Below are positions 13,215-26,049 of a stretch of 64,000 nucleotides of DNA, piece by piece (within the stretch, counting starts at the first letter, position 1; each line of letters opens with the position of its first letter). Made by a program: the position numbers and the translations under genes. The notes under the pieces were generated by a model. The model was not told the DNA's origin. It did no database searches and saw only the letters and a list, made by a program, of their open reading frames with translations. This DNA comes from Scyliorhinus canicula (Eukaryota). The stretch lies in contig NW_024056015.1 in assembly GCF_902713615.1 (NCBI RefSeq), positions 1 to 64,000 on the forward strand, in the 5' to 3' direction.

Positions 13215-13300
13215 TGACATCAGACCAATCAGACCCAGCGTCCTCAGCTCCGCCTATGGAATGTTGTGAAGAAAGTGACATCAGACCACCATCAGCCAAT
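13215..13300 (+). promoter_or_regulatory. V2 promoter: TGACATCA (13215-13222), AGTGACATCA decamer (13274-13283), CCAAT boxes
   Basis: CRE-like decamer matching the known TCR V promoter AGTGA(T/C)(G/A)TCA motif, 85-155 bp upstream of the ATG. Confidence 0.65.
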
Positions 13301-13368
13301 CGCCTGTTCTTGTTCGATATTCTGCTCTGTGGGATGCAAAAAGTCCCTGCATTTTCCGAGAAGCAGCG

Positions 13369-13414
13369 ATGCGGTTCCCCACTCTCGCTCTGGCCTGGGT
13401 GATAGTCTTTGCTG
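13369..13414 (+). CDS. TRAV/TRDV: Leader exon of TCR V2 (MRFPTLALAWVIVFA)
   Basis: 46-nt hydrophobic exon with G|GTAAGA donor, phase-compatible with the exon at 14095 (680-bp intron containing degenerate CR1 3' sequence). Confidence 0.85.
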
Positions 13415-14094
13415 GTAAGAAGTTTGAAACTTTACAAATGTTTAAATTCAGGAGGGATACATTGGAAAGTCAGGGAATTCATATTAAACTTGTACCTGAA
13501 TTCGGCCTTGGTTTGCATTAAGCGTTTCTTGGATGTATTTTACAAGATGAATATAGGGCACAGAATACCACACAGAATATAATTTCATAAATGCGGCATA
13601 TTGTCATATAACACTACAACTCGGATATTGTTCTCCAGTAAACGGCGTTGCGAAGGGTAACCTAATAGAGTTATAATGACGAGTTAGATGGGAAATACAA
13701 GAAGATGTTTGCCCTTATGGAGAATTCCAAAACTGTGAGTTTCAACAAACGTCATTAAAACATCTAATGGGGAATTCCGCAGAAACTCGTCACACAAAGA
13801 ACGACGTGAGTGTGGAATTCACTACCACATGGAGTAGTTGAGGAAATGGTATTGATGCATTGGAGCAATGTAGAGAAACAGAAGATGAATAAAATAATGG
13901 GTTAATTTACTGATAGAGTGAGATGGAGAGGGAGGGGGTGGTTAACACTGATATAGCCAGTGAGGTCGAATTACTATCTTACATTCCCACTTCTATTTAT
14001 TTTTCTGTAACTCTGATTGCAAATTTTGACCGTCGGCTCAGTTTAGTGTAACGTTTAATCGATGACTAACACTTTCTATAATCGTGTGTTGCAG

Positions 14095-14398
14095 GTCTGA
14101 GCGATGGAGACTCTGTTACTCAGCGGGAATCCTCACTCACACAGACAGAGGGAGAAGATGTCACTTTAACCTGCACGCATACCGATGATGCTTATTATTT
14201 ATTCTGGTACCGTCAATACCCAGATAGAGAGCCCGAGTTTGCGGTCCGGATATACAAGAGCGGAGGTGATCCAGTGAAAGGGGATTTCGCTCAGGAACGG
14301 TTTTCAGTTACCCTCCAACAATCAGAGAAGTTGTACCGATTGACCATCTCGGAGCTGCGGCTGTCTGACACCGCGGTCTATTACTGTGCACAGCGTCT
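14095..14398 (+). CDS. TRAV/TRDV: TCR alpha/delta variable segment V2, V exon (GLSDGDSVTQRESSLTQTEGEDVTLTCTHTDDAYYLFWYRQ...SDTAVYYCAQR)
   Basis: Open frame, acceptor gtgttgcag, conserved Cys/Trp/YYC, followed by a 23-RSS. Confidence 0.92.
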
Positions 14399-14437
14399 CA
14401 CAGTGATGGCAACGAGTGAGGTCCTTGTACAAAAACT
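14399..14437 (+). other. 23-RSS of TCR V2 (CACAGTG-23-ACAAAAACT)
   Basis: Heptamer 14399-14405, 23-bp spacer, nonamer 14429-14437. Confidence 0.95.
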
Positions 14438-17066
14438 GCCGCTGCTTTCTGGGTCACAGCTGCTGTCTGTTTGGGGCTGACACTTGAATCCTTTCCTGTG
14501 CGCGGAGACCGCGAGCACAATCCACAGAAACAATTTTAATATAGTTCACATCGAATATAGATTCCGCCCAATTAATGCAGTAACACTGGGAGGGCAGAAT
14601 TGGCTGGCGTTTATTTCGGTATATCAGTGAACTTGACACTGTCATTGAGAATGCAAAAACCAGCCGGTGGCCTGGGGAACTACTTAAATCGCCGAATCAC
14701 AATGAACCCGTGGAAAATACACACATCATTATTGGTTTACAATTTCATTATGTATCAGATGATGGACCCAGGTGAGAAAAACCCTAATAATTTTAATAGT
14801 CTGACTGAGCACTTCGCAATATTAATATCTCTTAAAGCTAAGAATCTAGAGCGTAAACAAGTTCTTTGAGTTTATTTTCAGGGCATGATTTGATCTTATG
14901 ATCAATGTATATTGATGCCTGCTGGGTTAAAAGCATTGGAACAAATGGTCAGGAACTGACTGAATACAGAAGCTTGATTGCGAAGTCAATCAGAAAGATT
15001 GCTGTAGTGAGTTACACACCCTGAAAATGACTGCACTAAATAATAGAGCGACTAAAACTTAACGGATACGACACACATCTCAGAATGTGAATAATGCGAG
15101 TTTCAGGCAGTGAAGAAATATCAAGGATACTTTCAAGGATGGAATTCACGACCGAGGGCCAGATGTGATGTTTCGTCATCCTTGCAAGTGCCAGAGAAAG
15201 ACTGGGATGTTCATTTCAGCTGAAGACATCTTTTAGATCGAAGTTGCTCCCACTGCCAACCTGTACGCGTTGATCAAACATTATGTATTAGGGCAATCTG
15301 AATGGCTTGCTGCGCTTTGTCATGCACTAAATGTAACTACTGAATTACCATAACCGCTTTCCCTTCAAAATGTATTGTAAATGAAACTCGAAAACAATAA
15401 TTCCCTGTACTGACTAAAATATTGGTGGAAGAACCTCTAACACCTCCCAGATCTCTAGCAGCAAATCCCAGGAACCACGATTCAGCGACTGCCTGGAAGT
15501 TCCAATCTTTGCCAGTATTCTGCAGGGCACACATGGAATCAGCCAATAACTGCCAAACTAATGTTCCTCGCAGTAACTACAATCATGCTGCCCTAGGCCT
15601 TGTGAAAGAATCTCTGTGATTTCAAATCTTCCAGCGCTCCAGGGACCTATTTGGATTGTTCAGCTTATTTTTCTTTGTCACATTCGAAAGCGCACAGATA
15701 AAATAAATACAGCTTTTGCTGATTTCAATAAATGTTAATACCCATTTTGTCAACAATGTTACAATCAAGTTTGAGTTGATATCCATTCAGATCACAAAAC
15801 CGATATTTTACGGAGGTACATTTCACATTTCAATCAGTCTCAGTTATTACCCCACTGATCTCTGTTTGTGTTACATTAGAGCCTGATTCATACTGTCTTA
15901 TACTCACAGAACACATGACCTGCACAGAGTTTCATAGGTGGACAATCATACCTGCTAGTGAGTGATCGCCGAATAAGTTACTGAACTTAATCATTTCCAT
16001 GCTTGTATCATAACAAATCCCATCTCTGCTTATATTGCACTGTACAATCCTCATGAATTACTGGACAACGCTCGGCCTGTGTTAATATTACTCTGGGCTC
16101 TGTATTTTCTCCCACTACACAAGACAGTGTCACTGTTTATTGTGCACGTTTCCTGCCTCCCGGTAAATTACGCTGGACCCTGTTTCATTTTAATGCATTG
16201 GGTAAATCATTTGGTTATATTACACTATCCACTGATTGAGTTGTCAATACAATATCTTATGCCTCTGTTTATAATGTTCAAGGAAATATTTTAGCTATTG
16301 CTCTACTGAACCTTGTATCCTATGCAGTGTATATCATGATAAACTCTACCCCAAACAATTGTGTAAAACACCACCTTTATCTTTGTATTAGACTCGGGTT
16401 TGCCTGAATTATTTTTGTACAGTTCTAATACTTTTCTCACTTATTCCTACATTATCAGGTGTCTTGGTTTCTATTCCACTGGGACTGCCGCAGTTTTTAC
16501 TGGCACTACGTCAGGCTCCTGTTTACCTTACAATCTGCATGCCTGCTGCATGACGCTGGGCCCTACCTCTGTTTCAGTTATTACTGCAGTAAACCTCTTC
16601 CTTGTTTATAATCCTCTGAGTTCATACTCCTCCCTACCGAGCCATTGCTTCATTCACTTGAGCATATCGCCTATGAATAGAATACAGAGGAAAGGAAGTT
16701 TTGTTAAATTCTGATTCGGACTGAAATGAAGGATTGTGGGCATCGCACGTGGGGGAGGATGTGAAGTCAGAAAGATGGATGCAGAAAATATTCCCGCAAA
16801 TGATTCCAGAGATGAGCAACTTGAGTTACCAAGAGAGATTGGAGACATTGCGACTGTTTCCCTTGACGAGCAGGTTGAGAAGCCATCTGGCAGATGTATT
16901 CGAAATCATGAGAGTTCGAGACAGAGTAGATATGGAGTGTTGCACGTTTTACTATGGGCGTAAAACGCGTTTATTGGGGTGTATTAACTTCCAAGTGCTT
17001 AACACCACTAGGCTCTGTCTTATGTATTTATTCAGCTTTAGGAGTCGCCAGTTGCCGTATAGACAA

Positions 17067-17896
17067 CGTCACGAGTATTCCAAGGTCAAGTTCAAAGTAA
17101 TAAAGACGATACACCGATTAGTAAGGTCCAAACGATAATATTTATTATACAGTTATAATAAATACTCATGCACACACTAAGAGACTAAGCTATGACTAAA
17201 CTAAAGTAATCAGAATACTTATCTAACAGGAACAGGCAAGGTCAGGGAGCGAGGCCTTCGTCCTGGTCTTGGGCTGCAACCTTCAGCAAGCATTCTGGTC
17301 ACTGGGGGTTCTAGCGGGCTTAGTTCGCGTAGCGAGCGTCGTACTGGCACTTACGGTTCGGCGGCTGGTGCTCGACGGCTGGAGTCAGTTTGGATCTTCA
17401 AGGTCTTGGTCAGAGCCGGAGCACGAAAAAGCAGACCGGACAACACGAGGTCCCTGTCTTTTATAGGGATTCCATTGTCCTTCCCTCTTCTTGGGCGGGC
17501 TTTACCTATTGGGTCAATTCCTCATCGATACTGTTTTAATTCCCCAATGCGAGGGGGTCTCCGTGATGGGGGGGGGGGGGGGGGGCGTTTCTTATGCCCT
17601 TTTGTTTGAAGGTTTCTGGTGCCTCGATGTCTGGGCCTTGATTCAAATGTGTCCATTCAGAATCAAATGTATCTATTATGTGGGTGTTCAGGTCTGATTG
17701 CCTCATTAGCATGCAAAGCGTTTTGCCATTTGCACCTAGCTAAGGTCTTCTCACCTGAGCCCAAACTGGTTTCTGCTGCTGCAGAATGGCAAAATGCTCT
17801 CTTTGCAGACTGCTGTTCTGGCTAAACTGTCTGTTTCCCAGCAGTCTTAGCGCTTGGCCTATTTTTGTAGCTCAGCATCCATTTTAGGTGGCCACA
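17067..17896 (-). mobile_element. Putative solo LTR
   Basis: (T/C)GTCACG...GGCCACA termini, minus-strand TATAAAA (~17460) and AATAAA (~17143) in LTR order; no target-site duplication found. Confidence 0.35.
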
Positions 17897-17915
17897 GGAG
17901 GAAGTGAACTCATTC

Positions 17916-18226
17916 GGCGGCGCGGTAGCACAGTGGTTAGCACTGTTGATTCATAGCGCCAGGATCCCAGGTTCGATTCCCGGCTTGGGGTCACTGTAAG
18001 TGCGGAGTCTGCATGTTCTCACTGTGTCTGCATGTGTTTCCTCCGGGTGTTCCGGTTTCCTCCCACAAGTCACCAAAGACGTGCTGTTAGGTGAATTGGA
18101 CAGTCTGAATTCTCCCTGTGTACCCAAACAGGTGCTGGATTGTGGCGACAAGGGGAGTTTTACAGTAACTTAATTGCAGTGTTAATGTAAGCCTACTTGT
18201 GACAATAATAAAGATTATTATTATTA
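17916..18226 (+). mobile_element. tRNA-derived SINE with (tta)n tail
   Basis: GGCGGCGCGGTAGCACAGTGGTTAGCAC head and GGTTCGATTCC B-box; a reverse copy lies at 58050-58356. Confidence 0.85.
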
Positions 18227-18999
18227 GTGGGCGATCATGTACCAGAGGATACAGATTGAAGGGAATTGGGAAAAGAATCATGGGGACATGAGAGAAACGT
18301 TTTCACCCAGTGAGTGGTGAGGATGTGGACTGGACTGTTTGATTGTGTGGTGGTGGCCGGGTCAATTGATGCTGACAAATGCTCAACCTAACTCATTGAG
18401 GCCCTGTATTCAAATCTTACCGAGCTGACAGTGGGATTGAATGTAAATAAAATGACCCAATAAGTTAATCAGTTCATGGGGTTAGAGAAGGTCACCAAAT
18501 GTTGGCCTTTCCATTGAGACCCACACCCCATGAAATAATTATTAAAAAATCAGAAACCGCCATAGCAAAGTTTGGCCAGTTGATGGCAGTGCAACCATGA
18601 TTGCTGACATTACACCAAGCATAAATTGTTACTGCAACGGACCCTCTGTGTTCATATTAAATTAGACTCTGTCTCTGCCTATATGAGACTAGGTCATGTT
18701 GCTGATTTTATGACAGCAGATCTCGGTTGTTTCTGTACTCGGCTAAATCCAAGTTTTTGATATTCTGAAGCAAGGCCCTCTTCTTATAACAATGGGAACT
18801 CTGGACGTTACAACTGCACTGAATCATATCACGGCTAATGTTATAAAAATCCATGTCTCAGTTGTTACTTCGTTAGACACAGCTTTAATTGATACAAAAC
18901 CAAAATATACACCTGTTTGTGTTACACGAGGCTCTGTCTCAGTTATTACGTTATGCGAACCAGCCACGTTCCTTAGTGTAGTGTCCTAAGTCCAACTAT

Positions 19000-19720
19000 C
19001 TTCAGCTGCTCAACAATGACCTTCCTTGCATCATAGGGTCACAGGTGGGGATTTTCGCTGATGAATGCACAATGTTCATCACCATTCTAAACTCCTCAGC
19101 CGTCCATGTTCCAAGAGAGCAACACCCGTGCAATATCCAGGCCAGTCTGATAAGTAACACGTTACATTCGCGCCAACCAAGTGCCAGGCAACAACTATCT
19201 CCAACAAGAGAGGATCCAATTATTGCCCCATGAGATACGCTGACATTGCCATCGCTGAAACACCACTATCAACATCCTGGGCGTTACAATTGACCAGGAA
19301 CCGAACTGGACTAGCCATATAAATACTAGAGCTACCAGATCAGATCAAATGGAAGGAATCCTCACTACAAGGTAAGGGGTATGATGAATCCTCTCCACTT
19401 GCCTTGATGCGTGAAGCTGCAACGACACTGAAGAAGATTGACACCATCCAGGACAAAACAGGACTTGTTTGGCAACCCTTCCACAAACTTCCAATTCCTC
19501 AACCACCGACAAACACAGGCAGCAGGTTGTACCATTCAGAAGATGCACTGTAGCAACTCTCGAAGGATTCCTAGGCAGCACATTTCAATCCCACGACTTC
19601 TACCATCAAGAGGGACTGGAGCAACAGATACATGGGATCCACTAACTGGAAATTTCCCGCTACATCGTTCTCTACCATGCCTTGGAAGTATATAGTTATC
19701 CCTTCACTGCTTATATTCCT
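19000..19720 (+). mobile_element. Degenerate LINE RT/3' fragment
   Basis: GIFADECTMF motif (ORF 19045); homologous to the 5270-7620 element. Confidence 0.65.
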
Positions 19721-20726
19721 GTAGCACCAATCTCAGTTTATATGACATTAGAACCTGTCCCAATTTATATTATATTAGCAATGTCTCTGTTTATAATTGA
19801 ACAGATTTTGTCTTTGTTATTATTGCGTACCTCATGTCTTTGTTTATAGTCCAAAAACCACGCTGATCATTAATACGCAAGAGTCTCTCTCAATAATGCC
19901 TTAACTGGGCCCAGTCTCCGTTCACATTGTTATTGTGACCGATTATTCCCGTTGACAGGAATAATTCAAACACCTGCAGCTTCCAGAGAATGTTCAATAT
20001 TTCTATTGCTACAATTTCTGGCTGTTATTTTAACCAATTCCACCACAATCACTCATTGGACTGATTTGTCTGTCTAAAGGTTGTATACCCTATATGTAAT
20101 TTTCGCTAAAATTAATTGTGACCTGCTGAAGCATTAAGAGATACCAGACGTGGTGTGATATACATATATTTGGATTGGTGGACGTGAAGTGCAGCGGTTT
20201 AAGAAGACAGCTCACCACAACCTTGTCAAGGGCAATGAAGGATGGGAAACCTATGCTGACCAACCCGCGACCAGTGCGTTCCATCACTGAATTAAAAAAT
20301 ATATTGCACCAGTAACAGAGACAAGATCTGGTCATATGTAGACAGAAATGTATGCTCGAGTAGTGATAATATTAACTTACCATGAGAGTAATATAAACCG
20401 ACATATGGACTATATAGGCAAAGGAGAGACAGGAGCTGAGATAACATTAGAAAGACATGTATTTGTGTGATCATAATCGTAGAAAGACATATAAATGAAT
20501 AACCGAAAAAGTCAAAAATGACAATATGGGAAACAGACTCTTACTCAGAACTGACAGGGATGCGTTTCCCTAAACTAATCATAGAGAATCAGAGCATTAA
20601 CATTGGAATGGTAGGCAGGCTATTTGTACAGATTTTACCGAGGAAACATGCTTGTCCACTCTTATTCTATATGATGCAATGAAAACAGCAAAGTCATCGC
20701 TTAATTTGAGAGGAAAAATGCACAGA

Positions 20727-21049
20727 AGCACAGTAGCACAGTGGTTAGCACAGCTGCTTCACAGCTCCAGGGCCCCAGCTTCGATTCCCGGCTTGGGTCA
20801 CTGCCTGTGCGGAGTCTGCACGTTCTCTCTGTGTCTGCGTGGGTTTCCTCCAAAAGTTCAAAGATGTGCAGGATCGGTGGATTGGCCATGATAGAATTGT
20901 CCTTAGTGTCCAAAAAAGGTTATTTGGGGTAACTGTGTTACGGGGATAGGGTGGAGGCGTGGCTTTAAGTATGGTGCACTTTCCAAGAGCGGGTGCAGAC
21001 ACGATGGGCCGAATGGCCTCTTCTGCACTTTAAATTTTATGATGATGAT
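20727..21049 (+). mobile_element. HE1-like SINE
   Basis: SINE head, body and (atg)n tail. Confidence 0.85.
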
Positions 21050-21941
21050 AACAGTTGCAATCTGCAGTTGCATCACTGAACACATCTCTGGATCGAGTCT
21101 CATGATGACATCGTGAGTATCTGGTGCAGCCAATTAACGTTGGATCTGAAATAATCGTGGGTGAGAGAGAAGTCAGCGTTTAATGTTCTAATAGAAAAAG
21201 CTGCCACTCATGCTTAATTTGACTCAAGCACCATTGCACTGTGAATTGGATGAAGTTAGTGTCAGGCAGATAGAATTGCTGGAATTTCTCTGCATGTCAA
21301 GCAGAATCTGAGGAGAGAAACAGAGTTCACGTTTCATGTCACTGACAGGTCACCAGCACCAGGTTCATTGCCCTGAAACTAAGTGCATTTGTCGCTGAAA
21401 ATGCGACCCGCCAGAGTAACACTTCTGTTTCTGAGCTATTTGACATGGGTTCAAATTCCACCCCAGGATGTGTTGACCATTGAAGGAGTGTTTGTACAAC
21501 TGAAACAGAATATTTATCAGCCTCCAAAATCCTTAATCCTCTCCGCACCTTCCTGTGAGACTGGAAATAATGTGAATGGACAAAAAACAAACAGATTTTC
21601 CATCCGCTTTTTGACCTTTGGGTCTTTCCAGCAGCTTCCGTGGTTATTGTAGATTTCTAGTCTATGTGGGTGGTGCATTCCCGTTGTATTAATGTAATGG
21701 GAACTGCGAACAGGTCTTGTCGGCATCGATTCATTGGTGGTACGCTTATGCCCTCAGTCAGAAAGTTGTGGGTGCAAGTTCCAGTCCGGAGCTGCGACAC
21801 AAAATATAGATCAATTCCCAAGATGATAGTTTGGATTAAAATCCTTGGTGTCCATTATCCATTATTTCAGAAACTCAGATAGAGGGAGTGAAGGAGATAA
21901 AAAATCTGGCCAGTCTCTCCATTCAGCGGAACACGGGTTAG

Positions 21942-22124
21942 TGAAATGAAATGAAATGAACATCGCTAATTGTCACGAGTAGGCTTCAAATGAAGTTACT
22001 GTGAAAAGCCCCTAGTCGCCACATTCCGGCGCCTTTTCGGGAGGCTGTTACGGGAATCGAACCGTGCTGCTGGCCTGCTTTGGTCTGCTTTCAAAGCCAG
22101 CGATTTAGCCCTATGCTAAACTGG
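21942..22124 (-). mobile_element. Second-family SINE with (tgaaa)n tail
   Basis: Reverse complement of 4675-4849. Confidence 0.8.
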
Positions 22125-22291
22125 CACATCATAGATGCTGTGAGGTCTCTCCCCCCCCCCCCCCCAACATACTCACCGCCCCACCCCGCCTCCCTCACAC
22201 ACACATACACTCACACACGCACACCTCACCGCTAATTCTGAGAAAACAACCAGCTTTTCTCCTTAGATTTGCGAAGTGGATTGCAACTGGC

Positions 22292-22768
22292 GGGTCCGGG
22301 GTCAGACTGCGGCCTGGTATAATAAAAATCACAGAGATTAATAATCCAGTGTATCAATAACAGAGACTGCCGGGCCCGGGGTCAGACTGGGGTCAGGTAT
22401 AATAATAATCACAGAGACCGGCTCCAGTGTATCAATAACAGAGACTGCCGGGCCCGGGGTCAGGCTGGGGTCAGGTATAATAATAATCACAGAGACCGGC
22501 TCCAGTGTATCAATAACAGAGACTGCGGGCCCAGGGTCAGACTGGGGTCTGGTATAATCATAATCACAGAGACCGGCTCCAGTGTATCAGTAACAGAGAC
22601 TGCCGGGCCCGGGGTCAGACTGGGGTCTAGTATAATAATAATCACAGAGACCGGCTCCAGTATCAATAACAGAGACTGCCTGCCCGGGGTCAGACTGGGG
22701 TCTGGTATAATAATAATCACAGAGACCGGCTCCAGTGTATCAATAACAGAGACTGCCGGCCCGGGGTC
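22292..22768. repeat. Minisatellite, ~78-bp unit (TATAATAATAATCACAGAGACCGGCTCCAGTGTATCAATAACAGAGACTGCCGGGCCCGGGGTCAGACTGGGGTCTGG), left part
   Basis: About 6 direct copies; the array resumes at 24309. Confidence 0.92.
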
Positions 22769-24308
22769 ATAAGAACATAAGAACTAGGAGCAGGAGTAGG
22801 CCATCTGGCCCCTCGAGCCTGCTCCGCCATTCAATGAGATCATGGCTGATCTTTTGTGGACTCAGCTCCACTTTCCGGCCCGATCACCATTACCCTTAAT
22901 CCCTTTATTCTTCAAAAAACTATCTATATTTACCTTAAAAACATGTAATGAAGGAGCCTCAACTGCTTCACTGGCAAGGAATTCCATAGATTCACAAGCC
23001 TTTGGGTGAAGAAGTTCCTCCTAAACTCAGTCCTAAATCTACTTCCCCTTATTTTGAGGCTATGTCCCCTAGTTCTGCTTTCACCCGCCAGTGGAAACAA
23101 CCTGCCCGCATCTATCCTATATATTCCCTCCATAATTTTAAATGTTTCTATAAGATCCCCCCTCATCCTTCTAAATTCCAACGAGTACAGTCCAAGTCTA
23201 CTCAACCTCTCCTCATAATCCAACCCCTTCAGCTCTGGGATTAACATAGTGAATCTCATCTGCACACCCTCCAGTGCCAGTATGTCCTTTCTCAAGTAAG
23301 GAGACCAAAACTGAACACAATACTCCAAGTGTGGCCTCACTATCACCTTATACAATTGCAACATAACCTCCCTAGTCTTTAACTCCATCCCTCTAGCAAT
23401 GAAGGACAAAATTACATTTGCCTTCTTAATCACCTGTTGCACCTGTAAACCAACTTTCTGTGACTCATGCACTAGCACACCCAGGTCTCTCTGCACAGCG
23501 ACATGCTTTAATATTTTATCGTTTAAATAATAATCCCGTTTGCTGTTATTCCTACCAAAACGGATAACCTCACATTTTTCAACATTGTATTCCATCTGCC
23601 AGACCCTTGCCCATTCACTTAACCTATCAAAATCCCTCTACAGACTTCCAGTATCCTCTGCACTTTTCGCTTTACCACTCATCTTAGTGTCATCTGCAAA
23701 CTTGGACACATTGCCCTTGGTCCCCAACTCCAAATCATCTATGTAAATTGTGAACAATTGTGGGCCCAACACGGATCCCTGAGGGACACCACTAGCTACT
23801 GATTGCCAACCAGAGAAACACACATTAATCCCCACTCTTTGCTTTCTATTAATTAACTATCTCTATCCATGCTACTACTTTACCCTTAATGCCATGCATC
23901 TTTATCTGATGCAGCAACCTTTTGTGTGGCACCTTGTCAAAGGCTTTCTGGAAATCCAGATATACCACATCCATTGGCTCCCCGTTATCTACTGCACTGG
24001 TAATGTCCTCAAAAAAATCCACTAAATTAGTTAGGCACGACCTGCCCTTTTTGAACCCATGCTGCGTCTGCCCAATGGGACAATTTCTATCCAGATGCCT
24101 CGCTATTTCTTCCTTGATGATAGATTCTAGCATCTTCCCTACTACCGAAGTTAAGGTCACTGGCCTATAATTTCCTGCTCTCTGCCTACCTCCTTTTCTA
24201 AACAGTGGTGTCACGTTTGCTAATTTCCAATCCACCGGGACCACCCCAGAGTCTAGTGAATATTGGTAAATCATCATTAGTGCATCTGCAATTTCTCTAG
24301 CCATTTCT
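22769..24308 (-). mobile_element. 5'-truncated CR1 LINE (RT domain and 3' end)
   Basis: ORFs 23849-24304, 23638-23835 and 22930-23595 with GVPQGSVLGP, FADDTK and RPHLEYCVQFWSP; same subfamily as 63590-64000. Confidence 0.95.
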
Positions 24309-24522
24309 GGGGTCTGGTATAATAATAATCACAGAGACCGGCTCCAGTGTATCAATAACGAGACTGCCGGGCCCGGGGTCAGACTGGGGTCTGGGATAAT
24401 AACAATCACAGAGACCGGCTCCAGTGTCTCACTGACAGAGACTGCCGGGCCCGGGGTCAGAGTGGGGTCTGGTATAATAATAATCACAGAGACCGGCTCC
24501 AGTGTATCAATAACAGAGACTG
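24309..24522. repeat. Minisatellite, ~78-bp unit, right part
   Basis: About 3 further copies of the 22292-22768 unit. Confidence 0.92.
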
Positions 24523-24882
24523 ATGATAATCTTCGGTGAAGGGAGGCAGGGGATCTCATGAACAGCTGATTTTAAGAGGAAGTGAAACTATCAGAAAGCA
24601 ATGATGCTCCGGGCCCTCGCCCAGGCTTCAATATCATGCTGAGTGACAGGGATGTGTGTGGGAAAAGCGGATTGGAAACTGCATTGAGTGAGGTGCGTGT
24701 GATTGACTCCACCTCGGATCGTTTATACCCAATGGGAGGACAATTATGGCAGACTCTACAATGGTGCATCTGTCGGGGGAAACAAAAACATCTGTTTCTT
24801 CTCATTCTTACGAACAGTTCTCCATTTATACAGACACGCGAGAGCCGGTTCCGGTAGCTTATGAATGCTATATTTCTTTCGT

Positions 24883-25096
24883 AAATTTAGAGCATCCATT
24901 TATTTATATTTTCAATTAAGGGGCAATTTAGCGTGGCCAATCCACCTACCCATCACATTTTTTGGTTGTGGGGGTGAAAACCACGCGGTCACGGGGAGAA
25001 GGTGCAAACTCCACACGAACAGTCACCCAGGACCGGGATCAAACTCAGGTCCTCAGAAGCGTAAGCAGCAATGCTAACCACTGCACCGTACCGTCC
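24883..25096 (-). mobile_element. HE1-like SINE
   Basis: Reverse complement of the SINE consensus. Confidence 0.8.
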
Positions 25097-26049
25097 GAGC
25101 TTATGGACACTTATGTTTAAATTATCAGATCGGGACACAAAGACTAAAAGCCAAAGCCTCATCACAGGAAGAATTAGTGCCACAAATGTTAAAGATAATT
25201 GTTGTTTTTCGAAACAAATGCTATTTATTGTTACTTTGTCCAAAGTAGTGGATTGCAAACAGCGACGAACCTCTGAACGATTCGTGGCAATTATCTACAC
25301 ACACTCAGTCTCTGCCTAAAGACAGGATTAGCACAAGATCAAAGCTGTGTAATGATTGCATTTTATTCGGCCTCAATGAAGGACAGGGGTAGATACAGAA
25401 AAGGTGCTGGGTCAATGATTAGAGATGAACCACCCAACTGGTCCCATTCTTCTCATCCTTCAAATATTTATCCATCATTTTCCAAAGTTCCTGTTGAATC
25501 TGATTCCATCATACTTTCCAGATGTGAGTTCCAGTTTATAACAACTGGCTGTGTAAAAACAATCCTCCTGTTCAATACAGTAAATCTGTGTCCTCTGGTT
25601 ACAGACCGTCCTGCCAGTTGTAATAGTTTCTCTTTAATTATTCTACTCAAACCTTGATGGTTTTGTTTTAGAAGTTTAATTAAACAGACACACATAAAGA
25701 TGGAGAAAGATACACAGAGAGAGAGAGTGTGTGAAACTGAGCGAAGAAATTAGAAAAAGAGACGCGGGGTTGAGATATAAAATCTGAGAAACAGTAAAGA
25801 CAAATTAAACAGGGAGAGGGAGAATGATAAAATATTGAAATGGAACAAGATATCATTTCCTGGCTTCAGAGAACCGGGGAAACTCAGTGACTGATCCACT
25901 GACCATCCATTTATGTCCTGGAATGGAATTTTTAAACAGATCACAACAGGTTCATTTGTTAATGTCACCGCAAAGTGATCTGTGTGAGTCTGCCCTGACT
26001 CTGTGGGCAGATATAAGCCGCATTAACAGATGTCTCTGATCGTGTTTTT

